Shown here: in pieces, positions 9,727 through 19,422 of the stretch
Numbering within the stretch: the stretch's first letter is position 1
Layout of the letters: every line of letters starts with the position of its first letter
Assembly (NCBI GenBank): GCA_009777515.1
Contig: WRLR01000005.1
Location: 2,277-66,276 of the forward strand
DNA: 64,000 bases
Reading direction: 5' to 3'
Source: Oscillospiraceae bacterium
GTDB taxonomy: Bacteria; Bacillota; Clostridia; WRLR01
Position numbers and translations under genes: made by a program
The notes under the pieces: model-generated
Told to the model about the DNA's origin: nothing
Seen by the model: the letters and a program-made list of their open reading frames with translations, nothing else
Databases searched by the model: none

Positions 9727-11220
9727 TTAAGAACATGTAAATGTTATTATTACCGTTGTACCCTCGCCCACAACCGACTCTATTGCCATATCGGCGCCGT
9801 GCGCATCGGCTATGTGCTTGCAAAGGGCTAGCCCAAGCCCCGCGCCGCCCGCCTCTCTGCTCCGGGCCTTGTCCACGCGGAAAAACGGTTCCGTGATTTT
9901 TGGTATGCAGTCTTCCGGAATGCCGCAGCCGTTGTCCGCCACGGTAATGGCGACTTTTTCGCATCGATTGGCTTCACCGCTGCATTTAATAACCGCGCCC
10001 AAGCTTATGACGCCGCCACCAGGCGCACAAGCTTGCAACGCGTTGGAACATAAGTTTATCAACATGCTTTTTATCAAGTCCTCCTGCCCGTACAAAGCAT
10101 CTGCTTCAATGTTGCAAACAAGCTGCACATTGTGTTCGCGTAGCGGCTTTTCCATCGTGCGGCTTATTTCATCAAACAGCCGCGCAATGGATATCTTGTT
10201 TTTTACCGGGGTATAGTTCCGCAGTGTCGCAAGGTCGAGGAGCGAATCTGCGATTTTAGCCATATGGCCCGCTTCGTCCATAATGCGCTGCGTCGATTCA
10301 ATAATTTCCTCCTCGCCCAAAGGTGCTTTTTGCATGTATTGCGCGTAGCCATATATGGATGTCAGGGGCGTCCGTATTTCGTGTGCGAGGCTGTCCGCGA
10401 ACTGCTGTTTCCCAACGGCTTCATCTTCCAAAATGCGTATCTGTTTTTCGATTTCGCCGGCCATCCGGTTAAAACTCATCGCCACTGAAGCCAGTTCGTT
10501 TTTCCCTTTTACTTCAAGCCTTTCACCGTACCTGCCGTCCGCTATATTCCCCGACGCTGCGGCGACGATGCTGAGCGGCTTGAAGATACCGGTCAAAATA
10601 AAATAGAGCACGATTGCGGTAACTACAGAAAACGCGACAGCGAAAACCAGGAGAGTGTTTTGGATGTTTTGCATCTCTGTAATATTATTTGAAATGTCCA
10701 GGCTGTAATCAAAACGGAAGAATGTCAGCGGCTCCGGCAATGTACCGGAAATGTGGATAAAATGCCCCTGTTCTTGCCCCTGCACTTGACGGACAAAGGA
10801 AATTTCGGCGACGGTGGAACGGTCGTCGATGCCAACAAAATCGTCGTCGCTATAAGCAGAACTATCGTCGGCGCCAGCAGAATCGCTTTCATCGTCGCTA
10901 CCGCCGCTGTCGCCGCTGTCGCCGCCATAAAAGCCATCCAACGTCATATCGGTTACGGCAATTTCTATGTTGTGCCTGCGGTAATACTGGATGTAACCTT
11001 TTACAAGTGTGTCGACGGGATCAATTTCACCGCTGCTCCTGCCTCGCAAAACAGCAATATCCTTAGCGAGCGTCGCGGCGATCGAATGGTATTCGCCTAT
11101 ACTTTTTTCCTTTAATATATTGGTTTGGCTGTTCGTCAGGTACGCGGAAACGATGCCGAGGCTTGCATATAAAATGCACAGGAATAAAAGATAAGTGGCT
11201 ATGAAGGTCTTTAGTTTCAC
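9727..11220 (-). CDS. HAMP-domain sensor histidine kinase
   Basis: Two TM helices, HAMP, 'LAHEIRTPLTSI' H-box, N/G1/F/G2 boxes; GTG start overlapping the regulator stop. Confidence 0.95.
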   Translation of the reverse strand: MKLKTFIATYLLFLCILYASLGIVSAYLTNSQTNILKEKSIGEYHSIAATLAKDIAVLRGRSSGEIDPVDTLVKGYIQYYRRHNIEIAVTDMTLDGFYGGDSGDSGGSDDESDSAGADDSSAYSDDDFVGIDDRSTVAEISFVRQVQGQEQGHFIHISGTLPEPLTFFRFDYSLDISNNITEMQNIQNTLLVFAVAFSVVTAIVLYFILTGIFKPLSIVAAASGNIADGRYGERLEVKGKNELASVAMSFNRMAGEIEKQIRILEDEAVGKQQFADSLAHEIRTPLTSIYGYAQYMQKAPLGEEEIIESTQRIMDEAGHMAKIADSLLDLATLRNYTPVKNKISIARLFDEISRTMEKPLREHNVQLVCNIEADALYGQEDLIKSMLINLCSNALQACAPGGGVISLGAVIKCSGEANRCEKVAITVADNGCGIPEDCIPKITEPFFRVDKARSREAGGAGLGLALCKHIADAHGADMAIESVVGEGTTVIITFTCS

Positions 11221-11885
11221 TACCTTGCCTCCAGGCGGTAGCCCACCTTGTAAGCTGTTTTGACGACATTGTCCCAATGCAGCTTTTTGCGGATGTTGTG
11301 AATATGCACATCCACCGTCCGCGTATCCCCGCCGTAGTCATAGCCCCAGGCAATCTCCAATAGCTTGTCACGTGTTAATGCTATGTTCCGGTTTTTTATC
11401 AATGCCTCTATGAGCAAAAATTCCTGCGGGGCAAAGTCTACAAGCTCGCCGTTGAAAAACACTTCCCGGCTTGAAAAATCCACCTTGACGCCGCCCAGCT
11501 CAAACAATTCGTCCGCTTTGTTTGTGCGCCTCAAAACAGATTGGACTCTGGCCTGCATCTCCATCATGTCGAACGGTTTTACGATGTAATCGTCCGCGCC
11601 CAGGTTTAGCCCTGTAATCCGGTCTTGCACCGCCCCGCGCGCAGTCAAAAAAATGACGGGGATATTTTCGCTCATTTTTTGAATGACCGAAAACCCATCC
11701 AATTTCGGCAGCATAATGTCTAGCAGTATCAAGTCAAATGCTTGTTTTTCTATTTCGTCAAAAACGGATTCCCCATCAAACACAGAAACGCAATCATGCC
11801 CGACCAGTTCGAGGTTTTTCCTGATAAGCGTATTTATCGATTTGTCATCTTCCACAATGAGTATCCGCGCCATCGGCCGTACCAT
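11220..11885 (-). CDS. OmpR/PhoB family response regulator
   Basis: 'ILIVEDD', 'LLDIMLP', 'GADDYIVKPF', 'RTVDVHIHNIRKKL'. Confidence 0.96.
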   Translation of the reverse strand: MVRPMARILIVEDDKSINTLIRKNLELVGHDCVSVFDGESVFDEIEKQAFDLILLDIMLPKLDGFSVIQKMSENIPVIFLTARGAVQDRITGLNLGADDYIVKPFDMMEMQARVQSVLRRTNKADELFELGGVKVDFSSREVFFNGELVDFAPQEFLLIEALIKNRNIALTRDKLLEIAWGYDYGGDTRTVDVHIHNIRKKLHWDNVVKTAYKVGYRLEAR

Positions 11886-12148
11886 CGCCCTCCATTTTAT
11901 TTGGATGCCAAGGCGTTTTGTTATGAAAGTATATCATGATCTTGTTAAGGAGTTATTAAGAAATGGCACAGACTAATAATATGTTATTTATATAAGCGTT
12001 ATTATCTTTGCATAAAAACAAGATATAAAAAGATATGAAATTCTGAGCCGAAGATTTTCGAAATGCTTTACTTCTAAATCGCCGATCCTCGTCAATATAT
12101 AACCGTTATTCAACCAATCGTTGCAGCTTCATCAGCGGCAGCTATGTT

Positions 12149-12529
12149 CTATTTGTTCATTTGAAGCGCTATTTTATCTCCGGAACGGTTAACTTTATTC
12201 GAATTTTGGTATGTGTCATAGCGAGGCTCGCCCAATGAAAATTCTATAATTTTATCACTGGAATCTATTATGATATACCCGCTAACATTTTGATTTGTTT
12301 CCATTATATAGTAAAGGGTTGCAACGACATTAACAAAATCATTATCAAAGAGTTCATAAGCAAATTCCGGCGCTGCTTGTAACCAGGATGCATATATGTC
12401 GTCTTGAGTATTGAGTTCTTTGACAAAGTTCTCTATGATATCCTTGTGGCTTTTAGAAGAACAGCTAAGTAAAGACATCAGCAGCAGAAATGTTAATAGT
12501 AATACCAACCGGTTTTTAATGTCTATCAC
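12149..12529 (-). CDS. Small AT-rich putative lipoprotein, possibly truncated
   Basis: Hydrophobic N-terminus with lipobox-like LLSC. Confidence 0.45.
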   Translation of the reverse strand: MIDIKNRLVLLLTFLLLMSLLSCSSKSHKDIIENFVKELNTQDDIYASWLQAAPEFAYELFDNDFVNVVATLYYIMETNQNVSGYIIIDSSDKIIEFSLGEPRYDTYQNSNKVNRSGDKIALQMNK

Positions 12530-12738
12530 CTCTATGCGTAATCAATTATGGCAGAATAATTACACTCATATAATACAAAGATTTATTAATGATTCACGAT
12601 TAACAATTTGCGATCATCAATTAACGATTAACGATATCGCGCGTTAATATGTTATATATAATCATATATACCCATCTGGACATTATTTCTAACATACAAA
12701 GACTGATCGTATTAACATCTAAAGTTTTAATATAGCAA

Positions 12739-13230
12739 CTAAGCGTATATGGCATGCAAAAAATATATGCCGGTATTTGTACGAAAATGCTTGCTGCTAT
12801 CATTACGCGCTTCCTGTGACGCGCCGCTCAAATTAACCAAAAAATCCGCCTCAACCAGTATTTGATAGTCCAATCCGTCGATGGCGCCATATGTGTGGTG
12901 ATGTGCGATTAGATAGCATACCCTATCAATAACAGCCGCATCGTAACCCAAAGGCTCCAGCATGCGGCGCGCGGTGATGGCGCCTTCTTTTTCCTGGTTT
13001 TCCCCATCAGCATTTCCATATTTTAGTAAACTGGTTTTTATCCCAACATCATGCATCAATGCTGCGATTTCGAGGATATATTGCGTGCTTTGGTCAAGAT
13101 TTTCTAACTCGCCGATTGTTTTCGCATAGCCATACACCTTCAAAAAATGCCCAATGCGCTGCTCGCACCCGGTTTCATGATCGATCATTGCTTTAACCAG
13201 ATTAGCAAAATTAATAATTTGGTTACCCAT
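12739..13230 (-). CDS. HD-domain phosphohydrolase
   Basis: 'GHFLKVYGYA', 'AALMHDVG', 'LIAHHH', 'EADFLVN'. Confidence 0.9.
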   Translation of the reverse strand: MGNQIINFANLVKAMIDHETGCEQRIGHFLKVYGYAKTIGELENLDQSTQYILEIAALMHDVGIKTSLLKYGNADGENQEKEGAITARRMLEPLGYDAAVIDRVCYLIAHHHTYGAIDGLDYQILVEADFLVNLSGASQEARNDSSKHFRTNTGIYFLHAIYA

Positions 13231-13380
13231 ATACGCCCCCTATGTTTTAAGTACAATTGCGTTTTCTAATTTGAAATTATACAACATATTCCAAAAATAA
13301 TGTTAGTATATTATGTACACATTGTCATTAATAGCGATACAATCAAATAATCGTAATAATCATGTTTCTGAGGCGTTACT

Positions 13381-14544
13381 ATGAATCTATTTGAATCGAA
13401 TCAATCTGAATTGAAATTAATTAATTCGAATCTATCTAAATCAATCGACTTTCTGCTTGAAAACGCCGGTGCGGTTATCCAGTACCGGCTCCGCAAAGAA
13501 ATACTGCACAATGTGTCCGCGCAGGACGAAGAGAGCCTGCTTGCGCGCATATACCAAACGCCGCATTTCAAGCTCGTGCAAGGCTACGCCAAGCCCAGCG
13601 GCTATATCGGGAGCGGCATGCACAGTTGGGACAATTGGCGCGGCAAGCGGCTGCACGAAACGCCCCTGCAGGACGGCGAAACGGCGGCGCGGCTGCTGTC
13701 ATACTACGCCATCCCCAAGGGGCACCCGCTAGTCGAAAATTTTGTCGCCGCAATGCGTGACGAAGACGTCCTACGGGACGAGTTTTCCTATATCCCACCG
13801 GAAATCGCGCGCTTTGAAACCCGCTTTACCGGGCTGAACAGCGGGTTTTGCCTGATGACGCTGATGTACGCAATGCAGGCCATGCTTGGGTATGGGGACG
13901 ACGCGTATGCGCAGCCTTTCCAGCGCACCTCGCTGGAGGCGTTCAAAAGCATACTGCCGCTCTCGTCCATAGGCGAAAATGCCAAAACGCGCAAAAGCAA
14001 AGCAAAATACAACTATCCGTACATTGAGGCGGACACATATTTCCCATGCCAGTACCACTTGGAAACACTGGCGTACACGGGCGCGTGGCGGACGCCGGAA
14101 AACATAATGCTGATGGCTGACGCGCTCAATCATTTTAACGAAATCGCACAGGGGGTAAACCCAGTGCATGTAAAAATCGGGAACAGGTACTACTCCCCGT
14201 TCCCCTTGAATATGCATAACAGCCCCATCAGGCCGTTCCGCGCGGATGTGATAGACACGATAACATACCGCCGCCTGCTGACGGAAATTGCCATGCTTGG
14301 CGTGGGCGAAAGCGTCGGCGTCGTGCGCGAGTCCTTGGAAAATATAAAAGAAGCGATGGGGCATGACGGGATACTGCGTATGAGGCTGGATCTGGCGCAC
14401 AACAGGCGCTATTCGCCAAAGAGCATCGAATACCCGACGGCATATGTCGATGTGCGGCTGGAGCCGGACTACAAAAAGAAATATGCCCTCGAATGCGACC
14501 TGACGTTTTGGGCTGTGCAGTTTTTGCATTTGGTGGGCGGTTGA
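13381..14544 (+). CDS. Conserved hypothetical protein (possibly alpha/alpha-barrel)
   Basis: 387-aa ORF with host-like codon bias and GAGG RBS; no motif recognised with confidence. Confidence 0.7.
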   Translation: MNLFESNQSELKLINSNLSKSIDFLLENAGAVIQYRLRKEILHNVSAQDEESLLARIYQTPHFKLVQGYAKPSGYIGSGMHSWDNWRGKRLHETPLQDGETAARLLSYYAIPKGHPLVENFVAAMRDEDVLRDEFSYIPPEIARFETRFTGLNSGFCLMTLMYAMQAMLGYGDDAYAQPFQRTSLEAFKSILPLSSIGENAKTRKSKAKYNYPYIEADTYFPCQYHLETLAYTGAWRTPENIMLMADALNHFNEIAQGVNPVHVKIGNRYYSPFPLNMHNSPIRPFRADVIDTITYRRLLTEIAMLGVGESVGVVRESLENIKEAMGHDGILRMRLDLAHNRRYSPKSIEYPTAYVDVRLEPDYKKKYALECDLTFWAVQFLHLVGG

Positions 14545-14574
14545 TAAACTGCAGGTAGCTATAAACTGCAGGCT

Positions 14575-14680
14575 GCCCCGTCATTGCAGTTCCGAGCCGC
14601 AATCGTACACTAGGTGACGAGATTGCGGCTCGGGGGCCGCAATGACGGCCGGCTCGGAGGTTGCAATGACGGGGTAGTCA
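14575..14680. repeat. Palindromic intergenic element (GTCATTGC...GCAATC / GATTGC...GCAATGAC type)
   Basis: ccgtcattgc-agttccgagccgcaatc ... gattgcggctcgg-gggcc-gcaatgacgg plus a duplicated right arm. Confidence 0.7.
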
Positions 14681-14684
14681 TGGC

Positions 14685-14780
14685 GAGGCGAGCATCGTGG
14701 AGCGTGCTTCGCGGGGTAGGCATCACGGAGCGAGCATCGCGAGGCAGGCATCGCGGGGCAGGCATCGCGGGGCGGCGGCA
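14685..14780. repeat. Degenerate 15-bp tandem repeat (ggcatcgcggggca-like)
   Basis: About six units directly downstream of the DUF362 gene stop. Confidence 0.7.
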
Positions 14781-14782
14781 CT

Positions 14783-16327
14783 TTATTTTAGCGACGGCTG
14801 CATGGCCTCCCATTGGGCCGCGTGCTCCTTCAGTCTGGCGAACGCAGCTTCCAGCGCCTCTTGCGTCGGTGTGTGCCCCGGGACGAACTCAACAAAAAAT
14901 TCCGGAGCCACCTTGTCGGCTATGCCCATCTGCACCAGCTCGTCCCTGCCCCGCCTGATATGCATCTGTGCGTAGCGCTGCTGGCAATCGCCCACAGCCA
15001 GTAGGAAATCGGTGGCGCCGGCCCGGTTGTATGCGCCCTGGAACACAGTTTTATTGGACGACAGAATGCGGACGAACGTCAATTCCTCCGGTTCGTGGTT
15101 CGCGACGAACTCGTTGACTATTTGCTCGCATTTGGAACAAACGATGTCCATTTCAGCAAGCTTGTTAATGTATTCCTCCCTGTTCAAGGGGCAGCCTGGT
15201 ACCCACACGCCCAGCGAACGATATCTCTCCTGGATACAGTCCCCCACGAGCAGGCAATTTTCGGATCGCCCGTCCGGGTCCCCCCAGTCGCCCGATCCGT
15301 AGACGATGTCCACATTCTTTAATATGCTCTCCGGCGAGCGGAAACGGTAGAGCGCCCCTTGTGCGATATCGAGGCAGCGGGAACATGCGCCCAGATCGTT
15401 CAAACGGAATTTCCCACCCGTGTCCTCCTCGATCTGCCCGCCGGGCGACAGAAACGGCAGCCTGGCTTCGTCCAGCGGCATGCCGACGATATTGATATTA
15501 TCGAGGTTGCTGTTACCCAGGCCAAACTCCTCGGCCCAGCGGATGTGGCACACACGCGGGTTCTGCATCATGATGTGCGTACATACGGCGTCCACAGCAA
15601 CGGGGTCGGCGCCCATTATGATGCGGTTGGCGAAGCGCGGGCGGTCAAACTGGCTGCCGCCGGCGACGCCTTCCATGCCTATGCGCCCATCGACAATGGC
15701 AAAGTCCGGCTTGCGGGCGCGGGCGATATCGACCAGGTACTGCTCAACCGCGCTGTCCCTGTGCGCTTGCCTGCGCGTGATGTCCTCGACCAAGCCGAAG
15801 CTGTTTTTGATGGCGGCGGTGACGACACATGTATGGTTTTTCAATATGGGCAGTGTGATAAACACGTCGACGTCGAGCACGATTTTCGGGAGGGACACTA
15901 CATCGGCATACAGCGCGTCCGGAATGGGGACGTCCGCCCTTTCCGCTTTGCCTAAATCCATAAGCTCGACGCCCTGGCGCTTGCACATGTCCGCAAACCC
16001 AAACTCGACGAACGCGGCCATGGTCGCGTCGCCGGACATGGTGTTCTCGCCGAAAACGATGGGGCCGGGGTTACAATACTCTTTAATCAACTCAATAATC
16101 GCTTCGCAAAACCTTACCTCCGTGGTGCCGCCGGTCGCCGGATCCTCGCCCGCCGTGAGGTTCGGTTTGATCAGCACGCTCTGGCCCGGTTTGACAAACT
16201 TTTCTATACCACCCAAGGCGTCGAAGCCTTTCTTAATGACCTGTTTTATTTTACCGTTACCGGTGGAAATATAGACGTCGCTGAAAGGTTTGATGCGGGT
16301 GACAGGCGCAGATTTTAATACAGCCAT
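14783..16327 (-). CDS. DUF362-domain putative Fe-S protein
   Basis: 'LGGIEKFVKPGQSVLIKPNL', 'LPILKNH', 'GADPVAVD'; C-terminal CxxC...GDC...PGCP module; start behind GGAG. Confidence 0.85.
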   Translation of the reverse strand: MAVLKSAPVTRIKPFSDVYISTGNGKIKQVIKKGFDALGGIEKFVKPGQSVLIKPNLTAGEDPATGGTTEVRFCEAIIELIKEYCNPGPIVFGENTMSGDATMAAFVEFGFADMCKRQGVELMDLGKAERADVPIPDALYADVVSLPKIVLDVDVFITLPILKNHTCVVTAAIKNSFGLVEDITRRQAHRDSAVEQYLVDIARARKPDFAIVDGRIGMEGVAGGSQFDRPRFANRIIMGADPVAVDAVCTHIMMQNPRVCHIRWAEEFGLGNSNLDNINIVGMPLDEARLPFLSPGGQIEEDTGGKFRLNDLGACSRCLDIAQGALYRFRSPESILKNVDIVYGSGDWGDPDGRSENCLLVGDCIQERYRSLGVWVPGCPLNREEYINKLAEMDIVCSKCEQIVNEFVANHEPEELTFVRILSSNKTVFQGAYNRAGATDFLLAVGDCQQRYAQMHIRRGRDELVQMGIADKVAPEFFVEFVPGHTPTQEALEAAFARLKEHAAQWEAMQPSLK

Positions 16328-16478
16328 CGTAAAAGCTCCATTCCGCCGCGGCGCGCGCAGCAAAATAATTGTGTGATATTGGTACGTAATTTAAGAATTC
16401 TAATTTACTGACTATATTATACCACAAACCCGGCAAAATGGTAATATTTGGCCCGTCTACGGCGGGACGCTGCGGGGC

Positions 16479-16502
16479 GCGGCGGGGGCTTGCCCCCGCC
16501 GC
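16479..16502. repeat. GC-rich palindromic dispersed repeat, copy 1
   Basis: gcggcgggggc-tt-gcccccgccgc; inverted copy at 23385. Confidence 0.7.
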
Positions 16503-16605
16503 ATGGCTTTCATAAAACCGTTATTGTACGTATTGCATTAATCAGATATTATTTCATTAACATCGATTGCGGATACGATAAAAATACAGATGGAGGTTTT
16601 CGAGC

Positions 16606-17805
16606 ATGAGCATAAAGATTACAGGCGTAAAGGCCATCGCCACCGCGCCCCACAGGAGCAACCTGGTGATCGTTAAAATCGACACGAACCAGCCTGGGCT
16701 GTACGGCCTGGGCTGCGCCACGTTCACCCAGCGCTATTCGCCGGTCGTGACGGCGATAGAGGACTACATGGGGCAGCTCCTCGTCGGGCTCGACGCGACG
16801 AACATCGAGGACAACTGGAACATCATGATGAACTCATCGTACTGGCGGAACGGCCCCGTCCTCAACAACGCGATCTCCGGCTGCGATATGGCGATGTGGG
16901 ACATCCTGGGCAAAGAGCTGGGCGTCCCCGTGTACAAGCTGTGGGGCGGCAAGGTACGCGAGGCGGCAGCCGTCTACCGCCACGCCGACGGGCTGACGCC
17001 GGAGGCTGTCGCCGAAAGCGTGCAAAAGTTCATGGACAACGGTTACCAGTACATCCGCTGCCAGATGGGCGGCTACGGAGGCCAAACCAAATACCTGCGA
17101 ACGCCGGAAAACTCCCCGGAGGGCCGCTACTTCGACGCACTCTCCTACATGCGCGGCGTGCCCAAGATGTTCGAGGCGGTGCGCAGGCTCTGCGGCGAGG
17201 AAGTCGAGCTGTTGCACGACATCCACGAGCGCCTCACGCCGATCGACGCGATACGGCTGGCAAAAGCGGTCGAGCCCTATCGCTTGTTTTTCCTCGAAGA
17301 CGCGCTGCAGCCGGAGATGGGCTTCTGGTTCGAAAAGATACGCGACGCAGCCGCCGTGCCGATAGCGATGGGCGAGCTGTATAATAACCCGCTCGAGTAT
17401 ATCCCGATGATACACAACCGCTGGATCGACTTCGTGCGCTGCCACATCAGCCAGATCGGCGGCGCGACGCCGGCGCGCAAGCTGGCGATCTTGTGCGAGC
17501 CGTTCGGGGTGCGAACGGCGTGGCACGGCCCGGGCGACGTCTCCCCGGTGGGCCATGTAGCGAACCTGCACCTGGATCTCGTGGCGCCGAACTTCGGCAT
17601 CCAGGAGTGGTGCGGCTTCGAGGAATGGCCGGAAATCCAGGAGGTGTTCACCGGGCTGCCGTGGATCAAAGAGGGCCACGCATTCTTGAACGGCAAGCCG
17701 GGCTGGGGCATCGACATAGACGAAGAAAAGGCGAAAAAGTACCCCTGCACCCCAAGGTCCTGGCCTGTAGTGCGCCTGCCCGACGGCACGCCCGTGAAAG
17801 CGTAG
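16606..17805 (+). CDS. Enolase-superfamily acid-sugar dehydratase (RspA/mannonate dehydratase subgroup)
   Basis: 'GLGCATFTQR', 'YWRNGPV', 'IRCQMGGY', 'HDIHER', 'LEDAL', 'MGEL', 'WHGPGD'. Confidence 0.92.
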   Translation: MSIKITGVKAIATAPHRSNLVIVKIDTNQPGLYGLGCATFTQRYSPVVTAIEDYMGQLLVGLDATNIEDNWNIMMNSSYWRNGPVLNNAISGCDMAMWDILGKELGVPVYKLWGGKVREAAAVYRHADGLTPEAVAESVQKFMDNGYQYIRCQMGGYGGQTKYLRTPENSPEGRYFDALSYMRGVPKMFEAVRRLCGEEVELLHDIHERLTPIDAIRLAKAVEPYRLFFLEDALQPEMGFWFEKIRDAAAVPIAMGELYNNPLEYIPMIHNRWIDFVRCHISQIGGATPARKLAILCEPFGVRTAWHGPGDVSPVGHVANLHLDLVAPNFGIQEWCGFEEWPEIQEVFTGLPWIKEGHAFLNGKPGWGIDIDEEKAKKYPCTPRSWPVVRLPDGTPVKA

Positions 17806-18021
17806 CGCCGCATATTCGTTATTGTATACGCCCGTGAAAGCGTAGCGCCGCGTAGTCGATACTATACACGCCTGTAATAGCATAGCGCCGTATAGCCATT
17901 ATTGCATACGCCAGTGTAAGCGTAGCGCCATGTAGCCGTTATTGCACACGCCGGTGAAAGCATAGCGCCGCGTAGCCGTTATTGCACACCTGTGTAAGCA
18001 TAACACCATGTAGCATTATTT
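17787..18021. repeat. Six degenerate 40-bp tandem repeats beginning in the last codons of the dehydratase gene
   Basis: Consensus yacgccngtgaaagcrtagcgccrygtagccgttattgca at 17787, 17827, 17867, 17907, 17947, 17987. Confidence 0.9.
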
Positions 18022-18182
18022 AATTTAGCTGCGGAAATAGTGATGCGATGGGGCATAATCCCTTATATTTAAAAGAGTAATGAAGAAGTCAATACCACCA
18101 TTAGCATATATGTTTGCTCATATATAAGGCGTTGCCCCGTCGCCCCTATGCCGCAACCCAACCGCTGGCTATGGCGAAATCC

Positions 18183-18266
18183 CTACAGCTCATCCCAGAT
18201 GCCCTTGTGGTGATAATGGATATATTCTAGTCCGTTAAGGTGCGAATACGTTTCTACAATTTTAAT
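18183..18266 (-). pseudogene. Stub of a BglII/BstYI-type restriction endonuclease gene
   Basis: Reads (I)KIVETYSHLNGLEYIHYHHKGIWDEL*, overlapping the MTase stop, with ATT where ATG is expected; YSHLNG recalled as this family's N-terminal motif. Confidence 0.65.
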
Positions 18267-19231
18267 TTATACGCACTCCCTTCGGCTTGAATCCATTCCA
18301 AAGGAACTTGGGTTATCTTCTCTTTGCCTGTCGGGGTATAAACGGGCTTGCCTATCGGGCGCGTTTGCAAAGTTCCATCCAACAATGTTTGCACCCGCTC
18401 CATCCCGATTTTAATGTATTCTTCAGAACGATCGACGCCAAATGCTTTGCGGTTGTGCTTCACTGCTGCAATGATAGTTGACGCAACGCCTACATATGGG
18501 TCGAAGACGATGTCATTTTCGTTTGTCATCGCTAAAACGCATCTTTCGACTAACTCCACGGGATATTGGCACGGGTGCTCGGTTTTTTCTATGTGGTTGG
18601 ATTTAACATTGGGAATGTCCCATAAGCCGCTATAAAAATCATCATATATCCTACCCCAAAAATCTGAAGGATTTTTACCCATCGGATTGCCGGACAACTC
18701 GCCTTTTTTATCGCCTTTAAAATGACGCTTGTTTGGATATTTAGACGGAATACGAACACTATCAAGATTGAACACATATTCGTCGGATTTTGTAAACCAA
18801 AGCAATGTTTCGTAGCGTCCGGAAAACCTTTTGCTCGCATGGAGCCCATGGCCGAAATGCCATATAATACGGTTACGCAGTTTTAGCCCTGCGTCCTTAA
18901 AAATAGGATAAAAATATATATCGAGTGGGTAAACTTCCGACTTTTCAACATAATTTCCGACTTGCCAGCAAATGCTTCCGCTTGGCTTTAAAATACGAAT
19001 GAGCTTATTTATCAATTCAATCTGCGAATCAAGGTACTCCTTTATGGATACCTTTGTCTCGTAGGACTTCCCAATGTTATATGGGGGTGAAGTTATTATT
19101 AGTTGAACGGACCCGCTGGGTATCTGCCGTGTAAAAGCGATAGAATCGTTACATTCCAGCACTACATCCGCATCTTCGTTAAAATGATCCGTTACCACTA
19201 AGTCTTTATATAACAATCCATTGATTGGCAT
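18254..19231 (-). CDS. Site-specific DNA methyltransferase (N4-C/N6-A, beta class)
   Basis: Motif IV 'TSPPY' precedes 'HPCQYP' and motif I-like 'VFDPYVGVAST'. Confidence 0.93.
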   Translation of the reverse strand: MPINGLLYKDLVVTDHFNEDADVVLECNDSIAFTRQIPSGSVQLIITSPPYNIGKSYETKVSIKEYLDSQIELINKLIRILKPSGSICWQVGNYVEKSEVYPLDIYFYPIFKDAGLKLRNRIIWHFGHGLHASKRFSGRYETLLWFTKSDEYVFNLDSVRIPSKYPNKRHFKGDKKGELSGNPMGKNPSDFWGRIYDDFYSGLWDIPNVKSNHIEKTEHPCQYPVELVERCVLAMTNENDIVFDPYVGVASTIIAAVKHNRKAFGVDRSEEYIKIGMERVQTLLDGTLQTRPIGKPVYTPTGKEKITQVPLEWIQAEGSAYKLKL

Positions 19232-19422
19232 GAACTAGACCTCTGTATATTAAATAGTATGACCATTATATATGGAATAATTTGGAATGTCAACAAGGTT
19301 GGTCGGTACATATCAAGCAAGCTACCAGCCGCTTGCTACCAGCCGCTTGCCGCCAGCCACCAGCCATCATTACAGTTCACGCCTAATTTAGTCTAATATT
19401 CATTTTTATTTATATTTTACAT

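Noticed and set aside
16834-17883. 349-aa minus-strand ORF
   Set aside because: Antisense shadow of the RspA-like dehydratase
17787-18021. Possible CRISPR array
   Set aside because: Whole 40-bp units are homologous with no unique spacers, and no cas genes are present in the window
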